NCBI GenBank assembly: GCA_030390025.1
Contig: JASTWF010000096.1
Coordinates: 682,001 to 746,000 of the forward strand
Length of the DNA stretch: 64,000 bases
Reading direction: 5' to 3'
DNA from: Squalus acanthias
Lineage: Eukaryota
Below, in pieces: positions 24,912 to 38,288 of this stretch (position 1 is the first letter of the stretch; each line of letters begins with the position of its first letter). A model generated the notes under the pieces. That model searched no databases, was not told the origin of the DNA, and saw only the letters and a list, made by a program, of their open reading frames with translations. Position numbers and translations under genes: made by a program.

Positions 24912-26040
24912 AATCATAGAATCATAGAAATTTACGGCATTGAAGGAGGTCATTGGGCCCATATATCTGTGCTGGCCGAAAAAGAGCTATCCAGCCTAAT
25001 CCCACGTTCCAGCTCTTGGCCCGTAGCCCTGTAGATCACAGCTTCTCAAGTGCACGTCCAAGCACCTTTAAATGTGATGAGGGTTTCTGCCTCTACCCCC
25101 TTTCAGGAAGTGAGATCCAGACCCCCAACGTTTCCCTCAGCTCCCCACTAATGCTTCTACCAATTACTTTATTATATGCCCCTGGTTATTGAAATCTCTG
25201 CTAAGGGAAATAGATCCTTCCTATTCACACTATCTAGGCCAATCATAATTTTACTCTGCAACAACAACAACTTGTATTTGTATAACGCCTTTAACATAGT
25301 AAAACGTGCCAAGGCGCTGCACATGAGTATTTTCAGTCAAAATAAATGACACCGAGCCACATAAGGATAAATTAGGCCAGATGACCAAAAGCTTGGTCAA
25401 AGATGTAGGTTTTAAGGAGCGTCTTAAAGAAAAAAAGAGAGGTAGTGAGGCGGACAGGTTTCGGGAGGGAATTCCAGAGCTTACGGACCAGGCAAAAGAA
25501 GGCACGTCCAACAATGGTGGAGCGATTATAATCAGGGATCGTCAAGAGGGCAGAATTAGAGGAGCTCAGATATCTCGGGGGGTTGTGGGACTGAAGGGGA
25601 TAACAGAGATAGGGAGGAGCGAGGCCATGAAGGAATTTGAAAACTAGGATGAGAACTTTGAAATCGAGGCGCTGCTTAACCGGGAGCCAATCAGGTTCAA
25701 TGAGCACATCAATTAAGTTTCCCCTCAGTCTCCTCTGTTCCAAAGAAGACAACCACAGCCTATACAAACTTTCCTCATAGGTAGAATTATCCAGACATGG
25801 TAACATCATCGAAATATCTCCTCTATGCCCTCTCTAGCGCAATCACGTCTTCCCTGTAATGTGGTGACAAGAACTGGACACAGTTCTCTAGCTGTGACTT
25901 AATTCGTGTTTTATACAGTGCAAGCATTACCGCTCTGCTCTTATTTTCTATCCCTCGGCTAATAAACAAATGTATCCCGTATGCATTCTTAACAAACTTA
26001 TCTCCCTGTCCTGCTACCTTCAGGGATCTGTGGACATGTA
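24912..26040 (-). mobile_element. CR1 3' fragment interrupted by an L2-like LINE 3' fragment (about 25258-25690)
   Basis: Chimeric ORF 25372-25809(-): SLEQRRLRGNLI (CR1) fused to WLPVKQRLDFKVLILVFKFLHGLAPPYL (L2-type C-terminus). Confidence 0.75.
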
Positions 26041-26436
26041 TTGCAATGCATGATAATATGATAATACCCTGTGGTTAGATTTAGTTCAGAAAAGGTTCGC
26101 TCCCAGACAATCACACGCTCTCTGCGATGTTGCTCAGGGAAAATTAGTTGGAATGCCGATCATCTCAGAAAAGTGCATTCTCACATGTCACATTACTGTC
26201 CAACAATGGGAGTTCGCCCATCCGTTTCAACAGACAATGGGTTTAGAGGGCAATTGTATTCAAGCATCGAGTTGATATGATTTGAATGAACGATCGGTAT
26301 ACAGAGGACAAAGATTCAATAGACACCTTCAATAAGGAATTAGTTACTTACTTGAAAACGAAAGATTTGCAGGGCTATAAGGAAAAATCAGGGGGGAGCA
26401 GGATTAATTGGATGGTTCTGTGCAGGAGCCGGCACA

Positions 26437-29400
26437 TCCAGCTGTGGCCAAACTAGCCTTTTGTACAGCTCCATCATAACCTCCCTGCTCTTATATTCTA
26501 TGCCTCGGCTAATGAAGGCAAGTTTCCCATATGCCTTTTTAACCACCTTATCTACCTGTCCTGCTGCCTTCAGGAATCGATGTACATGCACACCAAGGTC
26601 CCTCTGACCCTTTGTTCTTCCTAGAGTCCTACCATTCATTGTGTATTCCCTTGCCTTGTTAGTCCTCCCAAAATGCATCACCTCAAACTTTTCAGGGTTA
26701 AAATCCATTTGCCACTGTTCTGCCCATCTAACCAACCCGTCTATATCTTCCTGTAGCCTGAGGCTTCCCTCCTCGCTATTTACAACTCCACCAATTTTCG
26801 TGTCATCTGAGAACTTACAGATCAAACCTCCTACATGCATATCTAAATCATTAATGTACACTACAAAAAACAAAGGACGCAGCAGCGATCTCTGCGGTAC
26901 ACCACTGGACACAGGCTTCCAGTCACAAAAACAACCTTCGACCATCACCCTCTGCCTCCTGCCACTAAGCTAATTTTGGATCAAATGTGCCAAATTGCCA
27001 CGGATCCATTCGGCTCTTACCTCCTTGATCAGTCTCCCATGCGAGACTTTGTCAAAAGCCTTACTGAAGTCCATGTAGACTACATCAACTGCACTACCCT
27101 CATCCACACACCTGGTCAATCCCTCGAAAAATTCGATCAAGTTGGTTAGACATGATCTCCCCCTGACAATGCCAAGCTGACTATTCTTGATCAATCCTTG
27201 CCTCTCCAAGTGAAGACTAATTCTGTCCCTCAGAATTGTTTGCAATAATTTCCCTACCACTGCTGTTCGGCTCACTGGCCTGTAATTCCCTGGTATATCC
27301 CTGCTAACCTTCTTGAATAACGATAATACGTTAGCTGTTCTACAGTCCTCTTGCACCTCCCCTGTGGCCAGAGAGGTTCTGAAAATTTCTGTCAGAGCCC
27401 CTGCAATCTCCCCCCTTGCCTCACACAGCACCCTGGGGTACATCTCGTCTGCGCCTGGGGATTTATCCACTTTTAAGCCCGCTAAAACCGCTAGTACCTC
27501 CGTCCTCTCAATACTAATTTTTGAAGTATACCACAATCCCCCTGCCTGTTTTCTATGCCTACAACGTCCTTCTAGATAGTGAACACAGATGCAAAATATT
27601 CATTTAAAACCTCACCTACATCTTCCGGCTCTACACACAGATTGCCACTTTGGTCCCCTATGGGCCCTACTCTTTCCCTGGTTATCCTCTTGCCCTTAAT
27701 ATACTTATAAAACACCTTGGGATTTTCATTTATTTTGCCCGCCAGTGTTGTTTCATGCCCCCTCTTCGCTCTCATAATTTCTTTTTTAAGTAACCCTCTG
27801 CACTTTCTATACTCCTCTAGGGCTTCCACTGTTTTTAGTCCTTTGTAACTGCCTCCCTTTTTTCCTAATCCATTCTTGTATATCCCTGGACATCCAGGGT
27901 TCCCTGGGCTTGTTGGTCCCACCCTTGACCTTTACGGGAACATGTTGGCATTGTACTCTCTCTATTTCCTATCTGAAAGACTCCCACTGCTCTGATGTGG
28001 ATTTTCCTACAAGTAGCTGATCCCAGTCTACTTTGGGCAGATCCTGCCTTATCATATTAAAATCGTCCTTCCCCCAATTTAGAACCTTTATTTCATGAAC
28101 ATCTTTGTCCTTTTCCATGACTACCTTAAATCTCACCGAATTATGGTCACTGTCAAAAAAATGCTGTCCAATGACACTTCTACCACTTGCCCGGCTACAT
28201 TTCCTAGAATTAGGTCCAGTACCGCCGCCTCTCTTGTAGGACTTTCTACATGCTGTCTCAAAAACCTCTCCTGGGTGCACTTTAAGAATTCCTCACCCTC
28301 TAAGCCTTTCACACTCTGACTCTCCCAGTAAATATTGGGGAATTTACAATCCCCTATTATTAACCTATTATTTCTACACTTTTCTGAGATTTGCCTACAT
28401 ATCTGTTCCTTTATCTCTCCTGACTGTCTGGGGGCCTATAGTACACTCCCAGAAAAGTGCTTGCCCCCTTTTTGTTTTTAAGTTCTACCCATATGGCCTC
28501 ATTAGAGGAACCTGCTAAGATATCATCCCTCCTTACAGCAGTAATTGACTCCTTGATTAATATTGCGACACCCCTCCTCTTTTACACTCTCCTCTGTCTC
28601 GCCTGAATAATCTATACCCCGGAATTTTGAGCTGCCAGTCGAGCCCCTCCCTCAAACATGTCTCTGTGATAGCAACAATATCATTCTCCCATGTGTTCAT
28701 CAACACCTTCAATTTATCTATCTTTGCATTAAAATAAATGCCTTCCAGCCTTGTCATACTCCCTTGTGCCGTTACATATTTGCTCTGCCTTCCAGGGTGA
28801 CTTGTTTTTTCCTCTATATTTAGCTGGGCATCACCCCTTACTATTGCTCCTCTCCGAATCCCATCCCCTGCCAAGTTAGCAAAAAAAAACCAACAGTTTT
28901 CGCGAAACTCCCCGCAAGAATGCTGGACCCGTTCCGGTTCAGGTGCATTCCGACCGATTTGTACAAGTCCCATCTTCCCGAGAAGCAGACCCAGTGATCC
29001 AGGAAACTAAAGCCCTCCCTCCTGCACCAACTCTTTAGCCACGCATTCATCTGTTCTATCCTCCTATTCCTGTACTCACTAGCACGTGGCACCGGGAGTA
29101 ATCCAGATATTACAATATTTGAGGTCCTGCTTTTTAATCTGCTACCTAGCTCCCTAAATTCTTGTTGCAGGACCTCATCCCTCTTTCTGCCCATGTCGTA
29201 GGTACCAATGTGAACCACGACCTCTGACATTTCGCCCTCCCCCTTCAGAATGCCCTGCAGCCGTTCAGTAACACCCTTGACCCTGGCACCAGGGAGGCAG
29301 CATACCATCCTGGGGTCATGTCTGCGGCCACAGAAACGTATATCTGTTCCCCTTACGATAGAATCCCCTATCACTATTGCTCTTCCATTCTTTATCCTCC

Positions 29401-30200
29401 CCTCCTGTGCAGCTGAGCCACTCGAAGTGCCACTGACTTGACTGTTGCTGCATTCCCCTGAGAAACCATCTCCCCCAGCAGTATCCAAAACGGAAAATCT
29501 GTCGGAGAGGGAGATGGACCTAGTGGTCTCCTGCACTACCTTCCTAGTTCTTTTATTCTCTCTGGCGGTCACCCATTTCCTGTCTGCCTGTGCACTCTTT
29601 ACCTGCGGTGTGACCACCTCGTTAAACGTGCTTTCCACTAAAAACTCAGCTTCGCGGATGCTCTACAGTGACTCCAGCCGCAGCTGCAGCTCCGACACGC
29701 AGATTTTGAGTAGCTGCCGCTGGAGACACATCCTGCACTTGTGTTCGCCCTGGACACCGGAGGTGTGCTTGACTTCCCACATAGCACAGGAGGAGCACTC
29801 CACGGTTTTGAGCTGCCCTGCCATGTCCTACCCTTAATTTACTCCATTTACTTCCTTTAAATTAAAGAATATTAATTACACTAGGGATCTTACTTCCCTT
29901 TAAACACTACTTACTCTGAACTAGAGACCTTACTTTCAATGACTGGACTGTACAAATACTCACTAGGTCCTACTTACCAATCATCATGTCCCCATGGTTG
30001 TGACGTCATGTTAGCGGTTTTGCAGTTGTTGTTGTATGACTTCTCCTGCTCTCGGACTCCTTCCTTGGTGTAAAGGAAGAACCAATTCCTACAGGGTGAA
30101 AAGTTCGGAAAAACAAAGGCAAAGCAGGGGAGCTCCTCCTTCCGCTCCTCACCTAACTCCCTTACTCACCCAACTCGCAGCACTCTGTTTAAACCGCACT
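26437..30200 (-). mobile_element. Decayed CR1 LINE with 5' UTR, SGNH-esterase ORF1 and broken ORF2
   Basis: ORF 28841-29638 (VIGDSIVRG, CLPGARV, HIGTYD); ORF2 pieces 27969-28280, 27572-27922, 26970-27536 and 26388-26948; 5' boundary approximate. Confidence 0.88.
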
Positions 30201-31260
30201 CACTGCAAATAGCCCTTCAAAGCCTGTTTTTATCGGACCTGAAACAAAAGAGACTTGCTGAGCCCAGCTACAGGAGAACCAGTTGAATCTAGTTTCCTTT
30301 AATAACTGGCTTCAGCTGCTCTGAATTGTCGGCCTTGTATATCCCTTTATAACCCTGCTTAAAGCTGGGAAATTTAGATTTTAAACAGTAAACAGTAACA
30401 GTAAATCTGAAACAAACAAATGTTTGATTTCACCAAACACTTAAGACTCCTTGACTCACCCAACTCGCAACACTCTGTTTAAACCGAACTCAATGTTGAG
30501 TCCGGAAGTCTGTGAAATGTCTAATCGAAACATGAGGTGCTGTGCATCGATCTTCGGTTAATCTTCATTATAACAGTGCAGGAAGCCAAGGACAGAGAGG
30601 TCCGAGTGGGAGTGGGGCACAGAATTAAATTGACAAGTGACTGCAAGTTCAAAGTCACTGATACTGGGTGCAGAGACTTTCAAAATCATCCTGTTATGTG
30701 GAATATTTTAACTCAATTATATTGTGGGTTTCCATATCTCTCACTGGATTGCTTTATGGCAGCAACTTCCAAATCCGCGATTCTCCACCGAAAAGCACAG
30801 AGCAGCAGGAGCATTGTGACATCATCACCTTCATCTTCCCCTGCAAGTCACACAGTGTCCTGGCTTAGCGATATATATCAGCGTTACTTCATTTTGGCTG
30901 GGTCAATATCGAGGAACTCATAACCTATTAGCATTATGCGAGCAATTTCACCACACGGACTGCAGCGGTTCAAGAAGAAGGCACAATAACACCTTCCCAA
31001 GCAGTAACTTGGGATGGGCAATAACTGCCGGCCTTGCCAGCGACCACCAAAATCCGGCGGGCCAAAAGAAATCCATTATTTAAAATTTGAAACCCCACAG
31101 TGTAATGGAGGCGTTCACTCTTGCTAATCACGTCTTCACGATAGCTAAATGACCAGAAATAGGGATTTTCAAGGAAGTATTTTCCTTTTTCCGCTCGTAT
31201 TCCAGAGTACAATTTCTGTCCTAAAACCTGGCTTCAGACAGAGAAGCCCAGCCGCTATAT

Positions 31261-32004
31261 TGGCCTGTATTTTCCGATCGCAGGCCTCCCGCGGGCGGAG
31301 GCATCCGATCTGGAAAAATCTACGCCCTTACCTCAGGGCTCCTGGGACGCACACCATTCTGCTCCTGGACCTCTCCAATCTTGAAGTGTGCAAGTCTGAC
31401 GTATCCCAGAGGCGCATGCGGTTCGCAGCGTCCCTGGGATCACGTGGGCTATGGGGAGCCAATCACAGAAACGAATCTCCCTTCATACATTTGGCAGGAA
31501 GACGTGTCAAATATATGAATGGAGATCACCCCAAAAACATAGTAAAACTTTAAATAAATTTTAAAAAACACATTTTTAAAATGACTTTAAATAACAATAA
31601 ATTAAGTATTTTAAAAAAAATTTCATTTTTTGAAAAAAATTATTAAAGTTTTTAACGGGGTTAAAAATGAACTTACCTTTTTTAAAGTATTTTTAAATGA
31701 TAAATCAGTGAAATTTTTTTTAAAAACTTTTTTCAACTCTTATCCTGGTAGAAGCAGGACTTACGCCTGCTATTACCAGGCGTAAGAAGTGTCAGGGTTT
31801 TCTGCGGGCGGAGCACTCTTCAAAAAGCGGAATTATCCGCCCGCAGAAGCCCTTCTCCCGGGCAGCCGGAGGATCTGTCAAGAGTTTTCTTAACAGATCG
31901 GAAATGCCGGTTTCCAGCGCATGCGCTGTGCATGCCTGAAACCTGCATTTCCGATGTACCAAAGGGTGGGTACACAGCCCGTAGTGATCGGAATATCTGG
32001 GCCA
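31261..32004. mobile_element. 744-bp non-autonomous DNA-transposon-like insertion with imperfect TIRs
   Basis: TGGCCTGTATTTTCCGATC...GATCGGAATATCTGGGCCA, flanked by ATAT (31257-31260, 32005-32008); absent from the paralogous segment at about 34812. Confidence 0.8.
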
Positions 32005-32301
32005 ATATCATTAGCACTGCCATTTGATTTCCTAAATTACAGCAGTGACTACACTTCAAAAGTTATTAATTGTCTGTGATGCACTATGGGCCGTCCTGTG
32101 GCGAGGAAAGCCGCTTGAGGAATGCCAGTCTTTCTTTGTTCTTTTCACTAAAATTCCGAACTCTCCTTATTTGGAATCTCAGTCCCTGACGTAAAACTGC
32201 CCATCAACAGAGCGCAATCGGTATTGAATTAAATACCTCCAACTCTACATGAAAATCCACAGGCCCATTTATAGTTGTATTTTCTATTTTGTTTACGTCA
32301 G

Positions 32302-32595
32302 ATCCACTAACAACGCCAGTGATATCTCTTGATCAAGTGACGGCGTTCTATGTAGTAGGAGAGACGGTCAACATTACCTGCAACGTGACTGGAGTTTATG
32401 GCGATAAAACCTTCTACTCTTGCAGAGGGAGCCGAATGCTGGAGTCCAATCAAATCGTCACAAATGACAACATTGGAACATTCAGAGTTGCCAGGACAGA
32501 CCAGGGAGGGCGCTACCGATGTCAATATGGAACCTCCGTCGTAACAAGGTGTTTATTGTCTCAGCTCAGTGACGCTGTGACGGTCACTATAGCAG
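32302..32595 (+). CDS. Ig-like domain exon D1 of LRC-type receptor
   Basis: AG|AT..., 294 nt, phase 1-1, donor G|GTGAGT; DPLTTPVISLDQ...VNITC...GGRYRCQY...SQLSDAVTVTIA. Confidence 0.9.
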
Positions 32596-33484
32596 GTGAG
32601 TGCCAGGGGAGAGAGGTTGTTAATACACTCACGCCGCGAGGGGCTAGAAATTCATCTCGGGCGGTGGCGCTCAACGGGCATTATCGGATCGTCCGCCAGT
32701 TCTGTGCCTTGCCTGATATGCAGTTCCATTAGCTTGGGAGATGTTTCTCGCTCGCCGCAGGTTGTTAGCTCACTGACAGAGAGCAATGGGAGGGGTCATA
32801 GGTCGATCTTCTATCTCTTTTTATCTCTCAGCCCCCCTTTCCACTCATTTTTTATTCGAGACACCATTCACATTTCTCTACACTGTCTCTAACATCGCCC
32901 ATTACCTCTCGCTTTAATACTTCCTCTTTCAAACCCCTGTCATGGTACATTTGTCACTCCCTGCCGCCCTCGCTCTCTTTCTATCTCCCTTATGCTGTAT
33001 TGCTGATTCCCGCAAGTTCCATTTCCAAATGATTCTCTCTCTCTGTTTCTCTTCCACGCCTATTTTTCACTCCCCTCCGTCGCACAGTCTCTTTCTTGTG
33101 CCTGATTTTCAATGTCTTTTGCAGGTGCCATTAACCAGTTCAATTTTCCCTTCCTTCTTTAGTAGCTATCTCTCTCCCCTTGTCTCCCTCTTTTTCTCTC
33201 CATCACTGCAATTGTCTGCCTCTGTCTCTCGCTCTCTCTCTCTCTTTGACTCTAAAGTCTACCCATCATTAAGCACAGTACAACAGCTCTGTGCCTTCTA
33301 ACCCCGGGCAGACGTTATGCTCACAGGTAAACACAAACTGAACAACAGAAGAGCTGGTTTTCCCTGGAACTTTTGTTTAGGTGAGCAGCTCCCAGTTTAC
33401 TGTCCTCTTTACCGCTTAGACAGAAACATGCGTTATTGGTAACTACTCACTGACGGTCACTTTCATTGTTTTTTTTTACCGGAG

Positions 33485-33641
33485 ATCCAGAATCAACGGA
33501 CTGGCGGGTCATTTCCTGGAGACACCATCACAATTACCTCTACTGGTGACAAAAAATACCCAGGTAGAATTATAACTTAATGAAGATGGGGAAGAACTGC
33601 CAGTTTCCACTTCCAGCACAGTGTTTGACATTGCAGCAACA
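33485..33641 (+). pseudogene. Relic Ig exon fragment
   Basis: T-rich acceptor then AG|ATCCA; translates in pieces to NQRTGGSFPGDTITITSTG (Cys to Ser), aligning with NQVIGVYLEGEKVTITCT; frameshifted and cut by a Penelope insertion. Confidence 0.45.
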
Positions 33642-34220
33642 TAAAGGCGAAATACGGCGAAGGCTGGAAATCTGAAATAAAAGAAGAACATTCTGGAAAT
33701 ACTCAGCAGGCCAGGCAGCATCTGTGGAGAAAGGAACAAAATTAACGTTTCAGGCCGATGACCTTACATCAGAACCGGAAATTTTAGAGTTGTAACAGGT
33801 TATAAGCAATGCAGAGGCAGGGACAGGGGGGATGGAGGAATAAACAAAAGTGAAGGTCTGTGATAGGGTAGAATGCAGGGGAGATTAAATGACAAAAGAG
33901 ATGATGGTGCAAGGCAAAAGTGGGCGGAAATGGACCAAGTAAAGGAACAACAGATGGCTCTGGAGGAGGTGTAAATGGCAATATCAGAATCATCAACAGC
34001 TGCTGTCTGAAAAAAATGGGAGCAGTGTTTATGATCTGAAATTTTTGAACTCCATGTTTAGTCCGGAAGGCTGTAAAGTGTCTAATCGAAACATGAGGTG
34101 CAGTTCCTCTATCTTCGATTAACCTTCATTAGAGCAGTGTAGGAAGCCAAGCACAGAGAGTGCAGAGTAGGAGTGGGACACAGAATTAAATTGACAAGCG
34201 ACCGGAAGCTCAGGGTCACT
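33642..34220 (-). mobile_element. Old Penelope-like 3' fragment with degenerate hammerhead (about 33740-33776)
   Basis: GCTGGAAATCTGAAATAAAA...CTCAGCAGGCCAGGCAGCATCTGTGGAGA..TTAACGTTTCAGG, plus GIY-YIG tail sequence; partial duplicate at about 30495-30660. Confidence 0.8.
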
Positions 34221-35099
34221 GATACTGAGTGCGGAGACTTTCAAAATAATCCTTCTATGCCGAATACATTAATTCAATTACATTGTGGGTTTCCATATCT
34301 CTAACTGGATGACTTCACGGTGGCACCTCCCAAATCCGCGAACCCCAACACCAAAAAACACAGAGCAGCAGGAGCATTGTGACATCATCACCTTCACCTT
34401 CCCATTCTAGTCACACAGTGCCCTGGTTTAGCGAAATATCGCCGTTACTTCATTGTGGCTGGGTCAATATCCAGGAACTCACTAACTATCAGCATGCTGG
34501 CAGGAACTTCACCACATGGAATGCAGCGCCTCAAGGTGAAGGTCCAGCACCACCTTGGGCAATAACTGCCAGCCTTGCCAGCGACAACCACATCTGTAAT
34601 GATAAAACACCGGGCGAAACAAAACAAATTCATTATTTGAAATGCGAATCAACGCAGTAAAATGGAAACTTTCACTCTTGCTAATCGCGTCTTCACCTGG
34701 GTTAAATTTGCAGAAATAGGAATTTCAAAGCAACCATTTCCTTTGTTCCGCTCGTATTTCAGATTTCAATTTCTGGCCTAAAACCTGGCTTTGGACAGAG
34801 AGCCCCAGCGGATATATTTTCTTTGGCGCTGCCATTTGATTTCCTACTTTACAACAGTTTCAAAAGCACTTCTTTGGCAGTAAAAAGCTTTGGGGCCTCC
34901 TATGGCGGTGAAAGGCGCAATATAAAGGCAAATCTTTCTTTGTCATCAGTTCCAAAATTCTACATTTGTAGAATATCAGTCTCCGGTGTAAGCGTGTCCC
35001 TTCAACACAGGTCAAGCATTTTTGAGTTAGTAGCATTCTGCTACACATGACAATCCGTAGATCCATTTCTAATTGTTCTTTCCATTTACTTTACCACAG

Positions 35100-35435
35100 A
35101 TCCGCCAACAACGCCAGTGATGTCTCTTGATCAACCCACTGGGGTGTATGTAGTAGGAGAGACTGTCACCATTATATGTACCATGACCGGTGATTATCGC
35201 AATACAACATTCTACTTTTGCAGAGTGAGCCGAATGATGTCCTCTAGTCAAATCGTCACAAAGGCCAACATTGAAACATTTCTGGTTAATGCTCCAAACC
35301 AAGGAGACAACATTGGAACATTCACGGTTACCAGTAAGGACCAAGAAGGGCGGTACCAATGTCAATATGGAAGCTCTGTCAAAACAAGATGGCTACAGTC
35401 CAAGCTCAGCGAGGCTGTGATGGTCACTGTCGCAG
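35100..35435 (+). CDS. Ig-like domain exon D2 (42-nt internal duplication)
   Basis: CACAG|AT, 336 nt, donor G|GTCAGT; DPPTTPVMSLDQ...VTIIC...EGRYQCQY...SKLSEAVMVTVA. Confidence 0.88.
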
Positions 35436-35487
35436 GTCAGTGACAGGGAAAAGAGATTGTTAATATATTTTTAAGCACTCACGCCGT

Positions 35488-35655
35488 GGGCTAGAAATTC
35501 GTCTTGGACGGTGGCGCACAACCAGCGATAGTGAATCGGTCGCCCATTTTATACCGTGCCTAATATTCGCTTCCATTGTTCCAGCGATGTATAAAACGGT
35601 CTGACGATTAGCTTTGTCACCGATTTTAGGCTACTGTCCAAGGCGAATTTATCCC
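35488..35655. mobile_element. About 170-bp MITE-like palindromic element
   Basis: GGGCTAGAAATTCGTCTTGGACGGTGGC versus GCTACTGTCCAAGGCGAATTTATCCC; truncated paralog at about 32640-32745. Confidence 0.65.
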
Positions 35656-36912
35656 GCATTGTGTTAGAATTGAAAGACTTCAACCTCGACAAAATCATGA
35701 GCTCACATTCTGGCTTTAGACTTGCAGGAGGTTAAAACCAGCCAAATTCACAAAGCGGGAAGAGGTGTATTCCCTTCAGCAACATGTGTTACACTACGCC
35801 CGATATTACCCTCCACTGAGATTAATGTAGCATGATGTCGGGTAGGTTACAATTTACCTTTTCACTCAGTGCTGAACGAATGCTGCATTCCAGGGCTGAG
35901 AGACCCGATAAGTTGCGGTGTGAAGGCAACACCTTCGGTCAGGGGAAATTCAGCCTGTTTTATATCATTTTCAAGCTATATTCCTGATTTCCAGTTTTAA
36001 CATTACATCTCTGGATCTAGCTCAGCCAAATATTCAGTGCCAAATGACTTCATCCTGCCAGGTTTTTAACTCCACTGAGCCTAGCGTCACCTCATGAGGC
36101 ACCGCCAGACTGACTGGCCTTGTCACATTACAGATTCTCAGTCAGATCACCAAAACTGCGTACCGAGATTTTCAAAATCATTCAATTATGCAGAATATTT
36201 TACCTTAAGTTCATTTTAGGATTCCATATCCCTCAACTGGATTGCATTTAGACTGCACCTCACAAACCCGCGATCTCCAACATCATAAGGACAATGGAAG
36301 TCGATGCATGGGAAATCCATCATCTCCCAGTTCCACCGCCAGGTCCCACACAAGTCCTGATTGGAAATATAGCGGGCGTGCATTCATCGTGGCTGGCTTA
36401 AAGTTCTGGATCTCCTGACCTAACAACACTGTGGGAGCATGTTCACCACAGTGACTGCAACGGTTCAAGAACAAGGGCAACTGGGGATGAGCAATGAATG
36501 CCGGCGTTGACAGCAACACTCACATCCCAGCGCACAGCAACATTTAAATCCTTTATGTGAAATGCATATCCCCAGGGTTTTTGGGACCTGTTCACTCCTT
36601 TTAATCAGGTTATTGCTCGAATACACTAACAGAAATGTGAACTTCAAACCAAAATAATCCCCTGGTATCCCAGATTGAAATGTCAGCGATAAACCCAGGT
36701 ATTGGAAATAGAGCTCCAGCTGGTTTATTATCTGTGTCACTGTTGTTTCATTCAGCCAATTAAAGCGTTAATTCCCCTGTCGTCGAATCTGAATTGTCGA
36801 TGCAAACATTTCCCTTTAACACTGCACAACCGTTACTGTGTTACCAGCCTCTCAGTGCACAAGAACATCCACTGACCCATTTCAGCTTCTTCTTTCCATT
36901 TTTTAACCACAG

Positions 36913-37203
36913 ATCCGCCAACACCGCCAGTGATATCACTTGATCAATCGACTGGGGTGTATGTAGTAGGAGAGAAAATCACCATTAACTGCACTATAAA
37001 TAGAGAGGATCGTGGTAAAATCTACTTTTACAAAAATAATCAACGGGTGAAATCTCCTGAAATCATGGCAAAGGACAACATTGGAACATTCCCGGTTACT
37101 GGTACAGACCTGGGAGGGCGGTACCGATGTCGATATAGAACCTCCGTCAATAGAACGGAGTTAGAATCCCAGCTCAGCGAGCCTGTGACGGTCACTATAG
37201 CAG
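36913..37203 (+). CDS. Ig-like domain exon D3 (type A)
   Basis: CACAG|AT, 291 nt, donor G|GTGAGT; ITINC...IYFYK...GGRYRCRY...SQLSEPVTVTIA. Confidence 0.92.
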
Positions 37204-38288
37204 GTGAGTGACTTAGAGAAGGTTTGTTAACATGTCTATTCGACGCTCTCGGTATTTACAAAAAAATCATCCTTGTTTCAAAGATACAGAGTTCTTTTTC
37301 CAAGCACCTTATATCTGTGTCCTCTGGTTACCTATTCTTCTGTCACTGGATATAGTTGCTCGTTATTTACTCTATCAAAACCCTTCATGATCTTTATCAA
37401 ATCAATTAAACTTCATCTCAACCTTCTCTGCTCCAAGAAGAACAATCCCACCTGAACTAAGCTCTCCACATAACTGAAGCCCCTCATCCCTTGTACCATT
37501 ATAGCAAATCTACTCTGCACACTCTCTGAGGCCTTGCCATCCTTCCAAAAGTGTGGTGCGCAGAATGGGAAACAATACTCCAGGTGGCGCCTAATCAGTG
37601 ATTTCTAAAGGTTTAGCATGATTTTCTTGCTTCTGTACGCAATTCCTCCGTAAATAAAATCAATGATCCCATATAAAATGGGAGGCGGACCCGAACCCGC
37701 GAACTCTCCCAACTAGAAGGAAAATGGATACAGGAGCCGGGGAACACCATGGCTTCCAAGTTACAATCCTGACTGGGACACATACCGGCCGTTCCTTCAT
37801 CTTCGCTGCTTCAAAATCCTGGACCTCCATACCGAGCAGCACTGTGGGAGCACCTTCACCATAAATGCAACACTTGCCAGCGACGGCCGCATCCCAGAGG
37901 CTGGCTACACTTAACTCCTTTATTGGAAATGCTAATCTACACAGTTTAGCAGAGACATGCACACTTTTTAATCAGGTTATGGCTCCGGTAAATTAGCAGA
38001 AATGTGAATGTCAAATCAACACAATCCCCTTCTTCCCCTGGTATCCCAGAGTGAAATTTCAGCGCCAAGCCTCTGTTTTGTAATTAGATCCCCAGCTGAT
38101 TTATGTCATATCTCACGTCTGTTATTTTCTGCCAATGAAATCGTTAATTCCCTTTTTGTTGAATCTCAGTCCTCGATGCCAAAAATTTCATTTAACCTGC
38201 AGGGTCGTTATTGAGTTATCAGCCTTTCATCGCACAAGAAAATCTAATGATCCATTTCAGCTTGTTCATTCCATTTGTTTTACCACAG

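Noticed and set aside
32942-33301. Hydrophobic 119-aa ORF resembling a signal peptide or TM protein
   Set aside because: CT-rich low-complexity intronic DNA yields Leu/Ser/Phe by composition; no supporting splice structure.
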